A DNA stretch of 64,000 nucleotides from Tubulanus polymorphus (lineage: Eukaryota > Animalia > Nemertea). Within the stretch, counting starts at the first letter, position 1; each line of letters begins with the position of its first letter. The stretch is from contig NC_134030.1 of assembly GCF_964204645.1 (NCBI RefSeq), forward strand, positions 18,622,210-18,686,209, read 5' to 3'. The notes under the pieces are model-generated. The model was not told where the DNA came from. It did not search any database and saw only the letters and a program-made list of their open reading frames with translations. Positions 50,601-64,000 of this stretch are shown here, in pieces. Made by a program: the position numbers and the translations under genes.

Positions 50601-53600
50601 GGGACAGGTGTGCGATGGTCGATCCGATTGTCCTAATTCAGAAGACGAGCGAAACTGCGAGACTATGTCATGTCCCGGCATGTTCAAATGTGGCCAGGAA
50701 AACCGATGCATTCCTCAATCTGAAGTTTGTGATGGTGTTGTGAATTGTAACCATACTACTGATGACGAGGCTTTCTGTAACGTAACGTGTCCTGGGGGTT
50801 GTAAATGTCAAGGCCTTTTGATCGACTGCGGGAATGCCGGTTTAACAAATATTACCGATCTTTTCTCGGCATCAACTCGAGTTCTGATTCTGTCGAATAA
50901 CACAATTATCCTGGAGATATCGACATTTGTTTCATATGATTATCTTCGTTTGCTCAACATCTCCTTAATTAAATAAATTGTTTTATATTTTACCAAATGC
51001 ATTCGCAAAGCTGCATAATCTATACACATTAGACCTGACATATAACAACGTAACATCATTATCCATAAATACATTCACCGGGCTGTATAGTTTGAAAGAG
51101 TTATTTATAACTAAAAATCCACTACGTCATTTAGCGGACGATACCTTCCAAGAGTTGAGATCACTTAGATCTCTCGATCTTCACGGACTTTCCTTGGTTT
51201 TACTTGGAGGAAATGTGTTTAGAGGTTTATCTACATTACATTCTTTGAATATCAGCAGTAACACCATTCATCATATTTCACGATATGCCTTTGTCGGTTT
51301 ATCTTCACTTGAAATTCTAGATATCAGCAACAACTACAAAGTTATTTCTGTCGACAGAACAGTTTTCAATAATTTGACATCATTGCGCTCCTTACGGTCT
51401 GACGCGTACAAGTTTTGCTGCATGGTTCCGAGTGTTGACCGGTGCATTCCCGAAGCAGATCAATTTTCATCCTGCTCTGATCTGATGGGTAACACAGCCC
51501 TCAGAGCTATCATCTGGGTCATCTCTACGTTCAGTTTCTTTCTGAACAGTATCGTCATTTTATTCCGTGTTCGATCATTTCGACTTTCATCCAGCGAAAA
51601 GCGTAACATATCTTCTGACATCATTATCATCAGTATCGCAGCTTGTGATTTTCTGATGTCGATTTATTTGTTTCTGATCGCGGGAGCTGATTACGTGTAT
51701 AAAGGAGTTTATTACCTACATTCTGAAACTTGGACGGACAGTTCGTTGTGTAGTTTCGCTGGTGTTATGGTGACTATTTCTTGTGAAGGCTCATTGACGT
51801 TTCTATTCATTCTAACGCGTCACAGATATTCAAATATCGTTGATCCATTTTCTGGAAGCTCGATTTCATCTCCGAGATATGTGTCCATTATTTCTTGCCT
51901 ATGTTGGCTCATCGTAAGTGTAATTTCTATAATACCACTGTCACAATCGACTTATTTCGGCAATAAATTTTACGGATCTACTGGAGTTTGTTTACCTATG
52001 AATTTAATTTCAATCGATAGCAATGCCTGGCAATATTCATTCGCTATTTTTGCCGTGTTTAACTCTGTCGTACTTGCTACAATAATGATGACGTATGCAC
52101 AGATGTATAAACTCGTATCCGGAAGCAGGTCCGGCTCGGGTAGAGCTGATCCTACCGAATTGGTTCTGGCGCGTAGGAGTTTAGTGATAAATCTGTGTAA
52201 TTTATTTTGCTGGTTACCGATAATCGTCGTTCAGTTTTGCGCTGTATTTCGAGTAGAGATACCGAACCAAGTGGCGGCTTGGTTGGCGGTACTTTTCCTA
52301 CCGATCAACTCGTCACTGAATCCACTTCTTTACACCATCCTCACTATCGATATAAAATCAATACGAGCAAAAACCAAACGCCGAAACTATTAGAAGAAAC
52401 GGCAATTAATGAAATCCTAACTCTTGTGTGGATTGATTGGCCTGCATGTAAGTTATAATGTATTTGAAGTCTTTTTAAACCGCGTGTATTGGCTTAGTTC
52501 TTATGGTATTTTTCTTTCATCTTCAATGATCTGGTCCCCCTTAGAGGTCGTCCATTAATTCTCTCTTTGTTTGAAACATTACAATTATGTAATAATTACA
52601 TTAAATAACATATTGAATTGAAACGGACGACATGCGCACCGACAAAAAGATGGCAGAAAACTAACCTTTTAGAAAATAAATCCTATCCTGTCCAAATACA
52701 CTCCTATGATTTGAACTTAAGCGCTGCAGTTTCGAAATTTTTTTACAATCAATATTCTATTTCGAATATTTGAGATACAAAGGAAAAGAAACATAGACCT
52801 ATGTATTCACTTGAAGAAATAAATTTACCGCCAATTATAAATAGGTGAATTTTAAACTGTCTTTTGATATTTATCTACCAGTAAAAGCCTTCTATAAGGA
52901 CATATATCCATATCTACGTTACACAGTCGAAGTCTAAAGTGTATCATTCCACAGTAACTGTTAGGATTTTACCAATTTCATCGTAGCAAAGTAAGAAGCC
53001 GGAGTGTATTGCATTCAACTAACTCATAATCAGTACTTAACGCTACCTCGGGATACAATTTACCAATCCCAGCATAAAAATCTTGAAAATTAAGCCACAC
53101 AAAGAAATACCCTAGTTTTTCGTCAGAAATGTTTCTGGTGAGCGATTTTTCTATTGCTTTAAGAAAAATGCCAATGCCAACCAAAGACTCAGAAAAAATT
53201 ACAGAAACAGTATTGATTTCTTTCTCTGAAGATTATCCACACAGAGGACGTGTTAATCTAGTGTAAAATAAGTAAACCGTGGTCAGAAAAGTGAACGATG
53301 ATAGTAGATAACAAGCCAGGTAAATACCATAGATTAGATTGAGAAAAAAGTTATGGGTTTAGATTGCGACATACAGTTAACCCCTTCTATACCACTCTCT
53401 TATACCACCATTTACACCAAACGCCAGGTTTTCTCTATGTACGGACTATGTCTATGTCCCGCCAACACGTTTCCACAGTACAGTCCAATACAATTTTAAA
53501 TGCAAGGTAAAACAGCCCCGATATGTGGCAGGGTTTATAACAGCGTTCCTACCAGCTCAGCTAGTGGGAATATTCTCTTTGTAACAGCGGCAGTGTCTGC

Positions 53601-54244
53601 CTTGGACGCCAGGCTTCGAGAGTTCGAACCTCGGGAAGGATAGATATTTCTACCTGTTACATTCGGCGCCTGTCCGGGCCGAAGGCCACCGAAAATTTTT
53701 AGTTACGTTTCTTTAGTACCACAGCAGACCTACGGCAGTCATAAATGAATGACGATGAAATCGTGAAGGAAGCACGTTTCTCCCGGTTTTTTACATATAA
53801 AATGAAAACTTTGGCATTTATCCTTGTTAAGGAATCAATAACATACACATGTATATCTCATAGAGTGATTGAAGACACTTAATTAACTCATCTGAAGTGA
53901 CCCAACGTTGCTCAGATTTCTTTCTGCTTCTGGTCCTTTAAAATGACAAAAATCGAACTTTGTAATAGCCGACGAATTAGGGACTGTTTGCCGTTCATGT
54001 TCGGGTCCTAGAACCTTTCATATAAACCGACGTGACGGGCGCGTCATGTGCTGTTACAATGTGATGACACCCGGCAACTAACGTTCTCGTCGTTAGCTGT
54101 TTCCAGCGTTTTCGCTTTATTTGTGGATATTCAAGGACTGAGCATGTCGATGTATACAAAGTAAAGTAACACTAGAAGCTAGTACTGAAAGGTCGAAACG
54201 AGAGAATTTTATTGGAAATGTATATTTTATTATAACCATGCAGA

Positions 54245-54846
54245 TTAAGGATTACCAGATATCGGATTGTCCTTTATTACAGCCGCCCGGTCATAGTTCA
54301 CCTCGTCTACCACCATTTCAACTGGTCTTTGTATTTTTTCTTTGCCAGTGGCTTTGCGTTTGCTTTGGTCGTTACATTGGCCTTGCCTTTGCCCCTGACG
54401 TCTGCGATGAGGCAGATAAAGCTGATCTGGGTTAGGTCTTCGCCCAGCATGTGCGCTAAGGCCATCTATCGTGGTATAAGTTTTTCCTTCCACAGTGTTT
54501 CCACCCTGCGGAGTAGTAAGTGATCGCGGAGTGTTGCTTGTCTATTTATCAGAGAACTGTTCCGGAGTGGTTCCACTCTGCGGAGTAGAAAATGGTCCTG
54601 GAGTGTTGCTTGTCCATTGATCAGATGTATAATCGTCCTTTACTTTATCTGCTGGGTCATTGTCCGTCGCTTTTACTTTCACTGTAGCTGGTCTTAACCT
54701 TTGCCTTCGAAGTGGATCTCGTTCAGGTTTTCGCCAAGTCTGTGCACAGGGTCATCTACCATAATATTAGCAGCTCCCCAAATATGACTAAATTGAGCAT
54801 GCGCAATTACCATCAGAATGATCGCTAGCGTAAAAACCTTCAGCAT
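54245..54846 (-). pseudogene. Orphan secreted-protein gene, copy 2 (frameshift and nonsense codon)
   Basis: MLKVFTLAIILMVIAHAQFSHIWG. Frameshift at IHF (~54712) and TAG in place of Trp (~54543). The C-terminal frame is intact to ...DNPISGNP*. Confidence 0.65.
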
Positions 54847-55344
54847 CGCGATTTTCTCTGAAAGAGAAGATTTAAACATAAACATATCTTAATATGATTT
54901 TAGGCGTTTAGCCGTACCATTTAGCAAAATAATAGGAACTCATAATGACTTAATGCCTTATTCACTTATCATAAGTTTGAAATTTGCTTATACGTTAAAC
55001 GTTTCTACATTTACGTAATGAATGACTATGACTGAAGAGCTTGATGATAAAAGTTCTTTTTCAGAATATTCGTATTCTATCCCGAATATTTTGATTTTCG
55101 AGCTTCAAAATCGATTGAATTTGCATAATTCAGTTGCAGATAAACCCCCCATTGTGCGTGGTGGGTTGTCAGCAGCATTGGGAAAACGTGAAACTATTCT
55201 TATCTGTGCTTATAGTCTAAGCTTTCAAATCAGTTTTAACCACAAACCTATGTATTTTTCGTGGCGATTTATTGAAATTCGTTTTAACTTTTTTTCACGA
55301 AAATTAATCGCCGCTGGGCGACTTAAAGACCTTATGCAGAATGT

Positions 55345-55430
55345 CTCTGTGAGTGTTACTGTGAGTGTTACTGTGAGTGTCTATGTGAGTGTTACTGTGA
55401 GTGCCAATGTGAGTGTTACTGTGAGTGGTC
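55345..55430. repeat. 12-bp minisatellite (gtgagtgttact)
   Basis: About 7 copies, absent from duplication copy 1. Confidence 0.85.
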
Positions 55431-55510
55431 TACTAATGAAATTTTCAATTTTGATATTATCTACATATAATACAATGTATAATACTATAAGATGATTTAA
55501 TATAATGTAA

Positions 55511-56518
55511 TTGGCCTGATCAATAAACTTAGTAACCCTAGTGTTCGCCTGTGTATTAAACGCAGTAACTCTAGTATTGGCCTGTTGAATAAACGTAGAA
55601 ACCCTTGTGTTGGCCTGTTAATAAACGTAGCTACCCTAGTGTTCGCCTGTGTATTAAACGCAGTAACTCTAGTGTTGGCCTGGTGAATAAACGTTGAAAC
55701 CCTTGTGTTGGCCTGTTAATAAACGTAGCTACCCTAGTGTTCGCCTGCTTAATTAACGTAATTACTCTAGTGTTGGCCTGTTGAATAAACTTAGAAACCC
55801 TTGTGTTGGCCTGTTAATAGACGTAGCTACCCTAGTGTTGGCCTGTTAATAAACGTAGCTACCCTAGTGTTCGCCTGTGTATCAAACGCAGAAACTCTAG
55901 TATTGGCCTGTTGAATAAACGTAGAAACCCTTGTGTTGGCCTGTTAATAAACGTAGCTACCCTAGTGTTCGCCTGTGTATTAAACGCAGTAACTCTAGTG
56001 TTGGCCTGGTGAATAAACGTAGAAACCCTTGTGTTGGCCTGTTAATAAACGTAGCTACCCTAGTGTTCGCCTGCTTAATTAACGTAATTACTCTAGTGTT
56101 GGCCTGTTGAATAAACTTAGAAACCCTTGTGTTGGCCTGTTAATAGACGTAGCTACCCTAGTGTTGGCCTGCTTAATTAACGTAATTACTCTACCGTTGG
56201 CCTGGTGAATAAACGCAGAAACCCAAACCCTGGCCTGTTTGATAAACGTAGTTTATGAATGAACGTGCTGAATGAACGCAGTTACCCTAGTATTGGCCTA
56301 GTGAATGAATGTAGTTACCCTAGTGTTGGCCTGATGAATAAACGTAGTAATCCTAGTGTTGGCCTGTTTGATAAACGTAGTTACCCTAATGTCGGCCTGT
56401 TTAATAAACGCAGTTACCCTAGTGTTGGCCTGTTTAATAAACGCAGTTACCCTAGTGTTGGTCTGATTAATAAACGTAGTTACCCTAGTGATGGCCTGGT
56501 AGGTAAACGCAGTTACCC
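55511..56518. repeat. 32-33-bp satellite with ~98-bp trimeric higher-order repeat
   Basis: Monomer taaacgtagttaccctagtgttggcctgtttaa. Trimer period 55541 to 55639. Explains ORFs 56259..56564. Confidence 0.93.
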
Positions 56519-57100
56519 GTAAAACTAACTTCTCATTGAAAATTGACGAATTCAAGAACTTCACGAACCTATTTTCATATTGTTTCCTCTGATTTCGATA
56601 GATTTTATGCCCGTGGTGTAAAACTGGATTGTCTGGAACTCGAACCGAAAAACCGGTTAATTAGAGTCGCCAACCACAAACCTATCCAGAACCAATTTTT
56701 GAAGGCCATTTTCATTTTTCAAAAGGTAAAACGTTAGTCAAAGTTTACGTATCAAATTAGAATAGGGTGATAAGTTTGTTTGCTTCTTTTTTGCCGAGTA
56801 TCTTCTCGAATTGTAACAGGAAATATCAGTAATTGGAAGATGGCGTTTTCATACCAGAGGACGAGAGGACGACACGTCACTCATCACCACAAGCAATTTT
56901 TTTCCCTAATGAATGGGAGACAGTGAGTTCCAAACAGAAAAAAGTGATGTTAAAGAAAATCAATATTATTGTCCTTATTGTAAAAAATACATTGATAAAT
57001 CTAATAAATCTCGGCATGAAAAAACTGTAAATCATAAAAAAATGTTATAGATTTTGAGACACCAGAAAATTCCAATGAAAGAAAAGAACAATTAGAAAAT

Positions 57101-59080
57101 ATGAAAAAAGATGAAATTAAATGTAAAGTTTGTAATGAATTTATAGCAAAAAGGAATTATAAAAGACATCTCGAATCACAAAAACACCAAAAAAATTTAA
57201 ATATAAACGTTTTAGGAACATAATATTTTGATTATAAACCACAACAAGTAAAAAAAAAAACAGTTTCAAACACTAAATCTATTTCAAATAAACCTTATAT
57301 GGAAAATGTTAGAAATTATATCGATTCGCTAGAAATAAAAGACACAATTGAAATTTTAGAAGCATTACGTAGTAAAATTGGTCCTTTAGCTATTATATTT
57401 AGATTTTTTAAAGGTGCAACAATAGAAGATTATAATAAATATATTGAAATAATGGAAAAAATAATGGACTTTGTTACAGATGTTGAATATCCAAAAATTA
57501 GTATTTCTGGAAAAGTAAGTTTTATAAAATCAGAAGCAAAAATGGATTATAATATTCAAACACATTCTGAAGAAATAATTTCAAAAACGCAAATAAAAGA
57601 GAAATTAGAAAAGAATATTTAATGAATTTAAACGTCATATTGAAGAAAGATATTTTGAGGGTTCTGGTTTAACATTGCATGAAATTATATTTTTAGATTT
57701 AAATATTCATAATACAAAAAGGAATAAAGCATCAAAAAGTAATACAATGTTTAAAAATGATTCAAACTTTACAGCAGAAAAGGATATTAAAGGGCACATG
57801 CCCACTAAATAGAATATCATATAAAAGTCATTCTTTAAAGTAATATATTCACAAATTATAAATATGCTACTGATTTTAATTTTAGTTTAGCCTTCTCTGA
57901 GATATAAGACTTTTAAATCGGCAATTTCAGCACGTGCTCACTGTTATTGTTTATGTGTGCAGGTGCGTGTTTCTGACGTCATCTTTGTTGAACGCTAACT
58001 GTTTCTAGTCATTTCACTGGACATTTCAAAGGTCATTTTATCCTCTCGGAAGATTTTTAGAATAAATGAATTCTAAACTATTGTATATGTTGGTGCCATT
58101 ATATATGACATGATAAATATATATTAGTGGGTGTATTATATAGCTGTGATTAAAGCAAACAAATGATGTTGATTTTATAGATTTTATATAGGCTACTGCG
58201 CACTGTGAGCACACACGTGCTTGTGTTTATAACAAAGATACCGTCAAAAATAGCGCCGACTGCGGAATGTAGGTGAACTACGTAAGTCAAGAATAATTAA
58301 ACGTCTAATTAAGAGCTAATCTGTCATCTTCGTTCGATCAGTCACATCTCAGGTTGTTATTTGTATACAAAAGCAGCATTTGGTTTACTAGTCACGAAAA
58401 GTACAATTTATTGGGCATGTGCCCTTTAAAGCATGATCTTATGTTGAATTACCATTCACAACAAAAGCAGTAATAAATGTTCAAAATGAAGATAATAAAT
58501 GTTTTCTATGGTCACTTAATAGTTGTTTACACCCAACAGAAGATAATACGCATAGTTTTAAAATAACAGATTATCGGAAATATGAAACATTTTATAAAAT
58601 TGATTAATATTCAGTAAGTATAAAGATGATTCCTAAAATAGAAAAAGTTAATAATTTAAAAATAAATGTATTCGAATTAATGCAATTACCAGAGACAAAA
58701 GGTGAAAATGTTAAAGATTATACATTAGAAGCTTTATATTTAACAGAATATTATGATGATAAAAATGTTATACATTTATTATACTATAAAAAAGATGAAA
58801 ATGAGCATTATATGTGGTTAAAACAAATAGATTTATTCTTTAGATTTTGAATCGTTAAATAAAGAATTAACTGATCAAGATAGATAAGTAATATACAACA
58901 AAAAGCAAATTTTAAAATCGATGGATAAAGGAAATGAACTAAATGAAGATACAATTTAAGACCCTCCAACTATACTTAAAATCAGATGTTATGATGTTGG
59001 CTGATATATTTGAAAAATTTAGAGAAGTTAATTTAAATAATTTGTTGATCCTTGTTATTGTTATTCAAGTCCTGGTTTTA
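57101..59080 (+). pseudogene. Fragmented Polinton-type PolB
   Basis: Homologous to 32241-33584 with several stops and deletions. Additionally retains ExoIII-like LYLKSDVMMLADIFEKFRE..DPCY. Confidence 0.8.
57791..58425. mobile_element. TTAA-targeting non-autonomous element (Kolobok-like) nested in Polinton copy 2
   Basis: TIR agggcacatgccca / tgggcatgtgccct with TTAA duplicated. Empty site gatattaaagcatc in copy 1 (~32920). Confidence 0.88.
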
Positions 59081-60345
59081 CCGACTAAAGAATTGAAAAA
59101 CGACAATCATATCATTTTAATTTTGAGAATAAAAAAATTATTTATAATGAAAATGCATCAAATATTGGTATTCAATGTGAATTTGATAATAATTATTCTT
59201 ATAAAGATATTGGTATTCAATGTGATTTAGAAAATGAATTTAGAAAATTCAATCCTAATGAAAGAGTGTATTGTTATTGCGGAGGTAAATATTTAGAATC
59301 ACATAAATCGAAGCATTATCAAACAATTAAACATATCAATTATGGAAAGAATAATAATTCAACAATGAGTTGCATAATTAAAATCAATTTCATCTTCTTT
59401 AAGGTTTATTTGAAATAGATTTAGTTTTTGAAACTGGTTTTTTTACTTGTTGAGGTTTATCATCAAAATATTCTGTTCCTAAAATATTTTTATTTAAATT
59501 TTGTTGGTGTTTTTGTGATTCGAGATGTCTTTTATAATTCCTTTTTGCTATAAATTCATTACAAACATTACATTTAATTTCATCTTTTTTCATATTTTCT
59601 AATTGTTCTTTCCTTTCATTGGAATTTTCTGGTGTCTCAATCTATAACTTTTTTTAATGATTTACAGTTTTTCCATGCCGAGATTTATTAGATTTTTCAA
59701 TGTATTTTTTACAATATGAACAATAATATTGATTTTCATTAACATCACTTTTTTTCTGTTTGGAACTCACTGTCTCCCATTTAATAGGGAAAAAATTACT
59801 TGTGGTGATGAGTGATGTGTCGTCCTCTCGTCCTCTGGTATGAAAACGCCATATTCCAATTACTTATATCAAAATGTTAAAAAGAAATAATTCCAACATT
59901 AGTCATCCGGACGAAACAATGATCTAAAATGGGTGAGAATAGTTAAGATAGGCCTAAGCGAAAACTTAAGAATCGGAGCCGGTTTTCACGAACGCGTGAA
60001 CTGCAGTGTATGAATCAGTGAATATCTTTGACCTTGGTGGATTTATCAAACATGCAGAAAACTTCAGTCGTGCACAGTGTGTATGTACAGGTATAACAAG
60101 CACTTTTTCTACAGTAACTGCCTCGAGGCATTAAATATATGCGGATTGCTGAGTCGACTGCAGGCAAGTTTTATTCATCCCTCGATCTCTCGGTTCAGAG
60201 CTTAATGGTAGGGTGGCTCTTGAGGAATGTCTGACTCGACAACACAAATTTCCTGATTGGATGAGGTCGCACCCTGATCGGGCCAATAAACGGTTCTGCG
60301 AAACTAAAGAGTTCCGTTCATTGTATCGTGTTGATGCTATTCGGT

Positions 60346-63300
60346 ATGGATCGACTGAGAGCGCTGTTTCTAGCGTCGCTGATCGTCTGGCGAGTTAACA
60401 TCGCACACGCTGATCTGTCTGACTCTGTGACGATCAGTTCGTCTTGTAACAACACTTGGTACCCCGTCGATTCTACGTCCGGTTACATCGTTTCACCGAA
60501 TTACCCGTCGTTTACGCGCGGTGTTGAATGTCGTTGGTTCGTGAACAGTTCTTTACCGGGAACTTTCAACATCAAACTATACTACGACATCGAGCCGTCG
60601 ATATTCGGTAGTGATAACTACCTTCTCGTTGATGGTTCGAATAACAGATTCTGCGGCGAAGGAGAATATGGCATCCGCCGTAACGGTTTGATCTCGCCGG
60701 TGTTGTTTAGGAGTAACGTCGATGGTGCGCGAGGCAGTCGGGTTTATATAACATATCGTTATGAACGAAATCGATTGAAAGTCAGCTGTGGTGTGACATT
60801 TACTACTCCCAGATTCAAGGAAATTATTACATCGGAGGGATACAAATATTCTATAAGCCATCTAGAGAATTGTCGTTTGTTCCTGGAATGGATGGGGATG
60901 CCATATGGTTTTGCGATGAACCTGACTTTGGTCAAGGTTAGCGTTAGAATGCATTTATCTGCTGATCCCGCGAGGACTGGTAAAATCTACGACGGATGGA
61001 ACAGCAGCAGTGAACCTATAGCTCTCATACCAGTACAAACCGGTCATCCAGCTTCATCATTCTATACTAAGACAAGTAAAACTATTATCTCTCTGCTTGA
61101 ATATAAACTGAATTTCGATTTTCAACTTTTGGTTCAGATGTATCAAATATCAGATTGGAACGTCACTAATCCGTTAATCCAAATCTCTAATGACGAGTCT
61201 GGAGTGCTCATTCCTGATGACAACAGTTTACACGTAATAACCCGATCAAAACACTTACACTGCTGGTCTATCACAGTGCAGGTGTTACAGTATGTCGTCT
61301 TCAACTGGACACGTGATCTCAGCACATCCGGTGACGTCATTGGTGTATATAAACTAGAAGGGTTACGCGTTGTAGGAACTGATATTTTACTCGGTTACAA
61401 CTACCTGGAATCACTTAGTGTTAAATCTGACGGCTTTCTCGTCATACTCTGCGTTTTGATGAGCGCTGATGTGATGATGTCGAAACTAGAAATATCCTAC
61501 AAAATCAATTTACTAACAATGGGTAATTTAGACGTTGGGAAATCAGTGGTAAGTACTTCATCGTGGTATCTGTACGAAAAATCAAAATGATGATGAAACG
61601 TAAGATTATTTCACGTCGATATGTATCCTGTGCACGTTTAGTTTTAATGAAATGCACCCATCCAAATTGTCGTTCATATGAATCTACTTTTTGAAAGGTA
61701 CAAACAAGCATATAACATCATAAGTAGCGATGATACATTCATATGATTTTGTATGTTGTCACAGGTACGCGACCCGGAGGAATGTTTACAATCATACAGG
61801 ATATTTCCGCTTGTAAAAAGAAAAACGTTGACGTATCGAGTGATCGAACATAAGTTGAAATGGCGAGTGGAAATATCGGAAAAACGATTTCAACTGGCTG
61901 TCTTATCGAGAAACTGCGAGCGAGCTGGATTTTATGTATATGATGGTGGCAATTTTACAGCTAGACGCTATGGTCCGTATTGTCCTGGTGGTACCTATGG
62001 TCGGCCCGTCGTCAAGTTGATTACATCAGGAGGATCGGTTACTGTAGTAGGATACGCCTTCGACTGGGATAATCAGCTAACAGTCAAGACTAACAAACTT
62101 TCATGTATCGCGCTTCACGCTACTGATTGTGACGGGTATGTGTTAAAGCAGGGAGAAAATCGCCTTAAAACGACGTCAGACTGTATCGTGATTCTACCCG
62201 AAAACCGACGTCTTCCTTTAAGAAACATTTACATATTATCAGACCGCGAATATCAAATTGATCGATGTGCTCCGGAATATTTTATACACGTCGCGTGCCG
62301 GCCCTATATGAATGTCAGCAGTAGTTTTATTACGGGAAATACCTCAACAAGAACTGTGTTAAACAAGGTATCATTTACTAGTCCTTATCCTTTTTTGACA
62401 CCTGAGCGATTTATCAAACTGAGACGAAAGTGCTATAGAACAAAAAGGGCCGGTCATAGCGGTTATATCCCAAAGGATGTGTGTGGACTTGTGCAATCGC
62501 CGAACTATCCGGGACCTGCCGGAATTACTGTTCAAAGAATATTCTATGCAGTCAGTTATAGATATCATAAGGGAAAATTTCGTTATTACAAATTCGTAAT
62601 CAAATACATTGAAATGATTGAATGCGTTAAACAATCCAAATACTCTAAAGAAGCAGTATTGTTCGTACAATACATAAGTGGAAAATTTACTGACACCGAA
62701 CACAAACAAACAATCTGTGGACGACACGCAGGGCATATACTTTACAGTCTGATGGCTTCTAGACATGAGTTCCAAGTGACCAACAGAATCCCAACATTTC
62801 GGATACAATACATTCTACAAGAATCATTCCCAATAAATGACCACGAGAATAAGTGTGAGGCGGGATTTCTATATTCGGGAATTTCATGCGTGAAATACAT
62901 CACGGATGAACCATTGAATTGGGAGAATGCTGAATTGTACTGTAGACAGAAGTATGCGGGACATCTACTAAGTATCAACTCAGAACAGGAGATGAATTCA
63001 ATTAAACAGTTATTTGCTACAAAGCTTCTTTTAACTGCATATTCGAAGAGAGCACTCATTGTGTTGATTGGATTGAAAAAACAGGTAAATCTAATTTAAG
63101 TTGCATAAAGGTATTGATAACGTTATCGGGAGTTGGGATCTCAGAAGAAGAAATTTACGGGGGAATTAACGGCCTCAAGTCTTAACGGTCAAGTTTAATT
63201 TCGGCACTAACTGTTATTAGCCAATGATTTAGTTCGTACCAGACATTACGCATATTACTTTACAATTCTCTTTTTAGCCTGAAACCAGCTTTTACACGTG

Positions 63301-64000
63301 GACTGACGGCAAACCGTTGAGTTACACAGAGTGGTATAAACCAATAAATAACGACACGATACCGGACGTACTTCAAGGGTTGATATCTTATGAAAGAAAA
63401 CAACCGACAAATGACGTGAATATGCCGTGTACAGCGATGATACTGAATAATCCACGAGGATCAGCGAACTGGGTTCGATTCCCGTGTCAAATAGAAGAGG
63501 TTCACGTGCGATTCTTTTGTGAATCGGAAAGAAATGATATCAATAAAAGTATGGCTGGGATAGAAAATGATTCAAAACATAATATGATATCCCAAATTAA
63601 ACAAGGTATTTTGAATAACAATACGCTGAATACAATGTGTGCAATAGGTTGGTTAGGTATAAATGGACAATGTTATCAGGTACTGACACGTTGGGAAAAT
63701 AAGGAAACTTTTGACGTGGTTAGTGCAAGAGAAATGTGCCGTGAGGTACGCGGAGAAATAGGTATAATACAGGACTTGACGCAAGCCAAGGAGATGATTT
63801 TCAGATTTCGTTATCAGCATCAATATGGCGCTATATTAACTTTGGATTCTAGCAAGCAGTGGATGATAATGAAGCCATTTGTTACCAGGGATGAAATTAC
63901 TTACGATCAGTCGGTTAATTGGGTAATGATACCCTGGGAAAATGCAAAAGACAAAATCCATTCTGTTTTGTGTTCTTATAATGTAACTGAAGAAGAGTTG
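60346..64000 (+). CDS. GRL101: GRL101-like CUB/CTL/LDLa/LRR receptor, third copy (truncated by window end)
   Basis: Exons 60346-61548, 61765-63084, 63278 to beyond 64000. Near-identical to 34680-38335 and open so far. Confidence 0.9.

Larger units (their letters stand above)
44862..52393 (+). pseudogene. GRL101-like CUB/CTL/LDLa/LRR/7TM receptor paralog, pseudogene
   Basis: Same 3-exon layout (44862-47232, 47791-49092, 49165-52393). Exon 1 is interrupted by a MULE. Frameshifts near 48160, 48470 and 50975. Confidence 0.88.
56828..59864. mobile_element. Non-autonomous fold-back Polinton/Maverick derivative, copy 2 (3.0 kb)
   Basis: AG..CT termini. TSD AATATC (56822-56827) / TATATC (59865-59870). 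Inverted arms ~56828-57297 / 59399-59864. Confidence 0.9.
53878..64000. repeat. Segmental duplication, copy 2 (runs off the window)
   Basis: Same order of orphan gene, Polinton derivative and receptor gene as 30064-38335. Confidence 0.95.

Overview
AT-rich, repeat-rich genomic DNA from an invertebrate animal, probably a lophotrochozoan (inferred from GT-AG introns, a GRL101-type receptor expansion and the TE repertoire). There are no prokaryotic operons, CRISPR arrays or rRNA. 1-24 kb: no convincing coding exons, but at least eight satellite arrays (27-77 bp units), tRNA-derived SINEs, several MITE families and Penelope-like remnants with degenerate hammerhead ribozymes. 24.6-27.9 kb: a complete 10-exon mitochondrial ornithine carbamoyltransferase-family gene whose ornithine-binding loop is altered (TESWVALG instead of TDxWxSMG). 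30-64 kb: a tandem segmental duplication with a period of about 24-26 kb. Each copy carries (i) an orphan secreted-protein gene, (ii) a non-autonomous fold-back Polinton/Maverick derivative with AG..CT ends and a 6-bp TSD, and (iii) a three-exon gene for a ~1,920-aa CUB/C-type lectin/LDLa/LRR/7TM (GRL101-like) receptor. A diverged, MULE-disrupted pseudogene of the receptor lies between the two intact-looking copies. Differences between those two copies are concentrated in extracellular exon 2. Coordinates were read by eye and no database searches were run.
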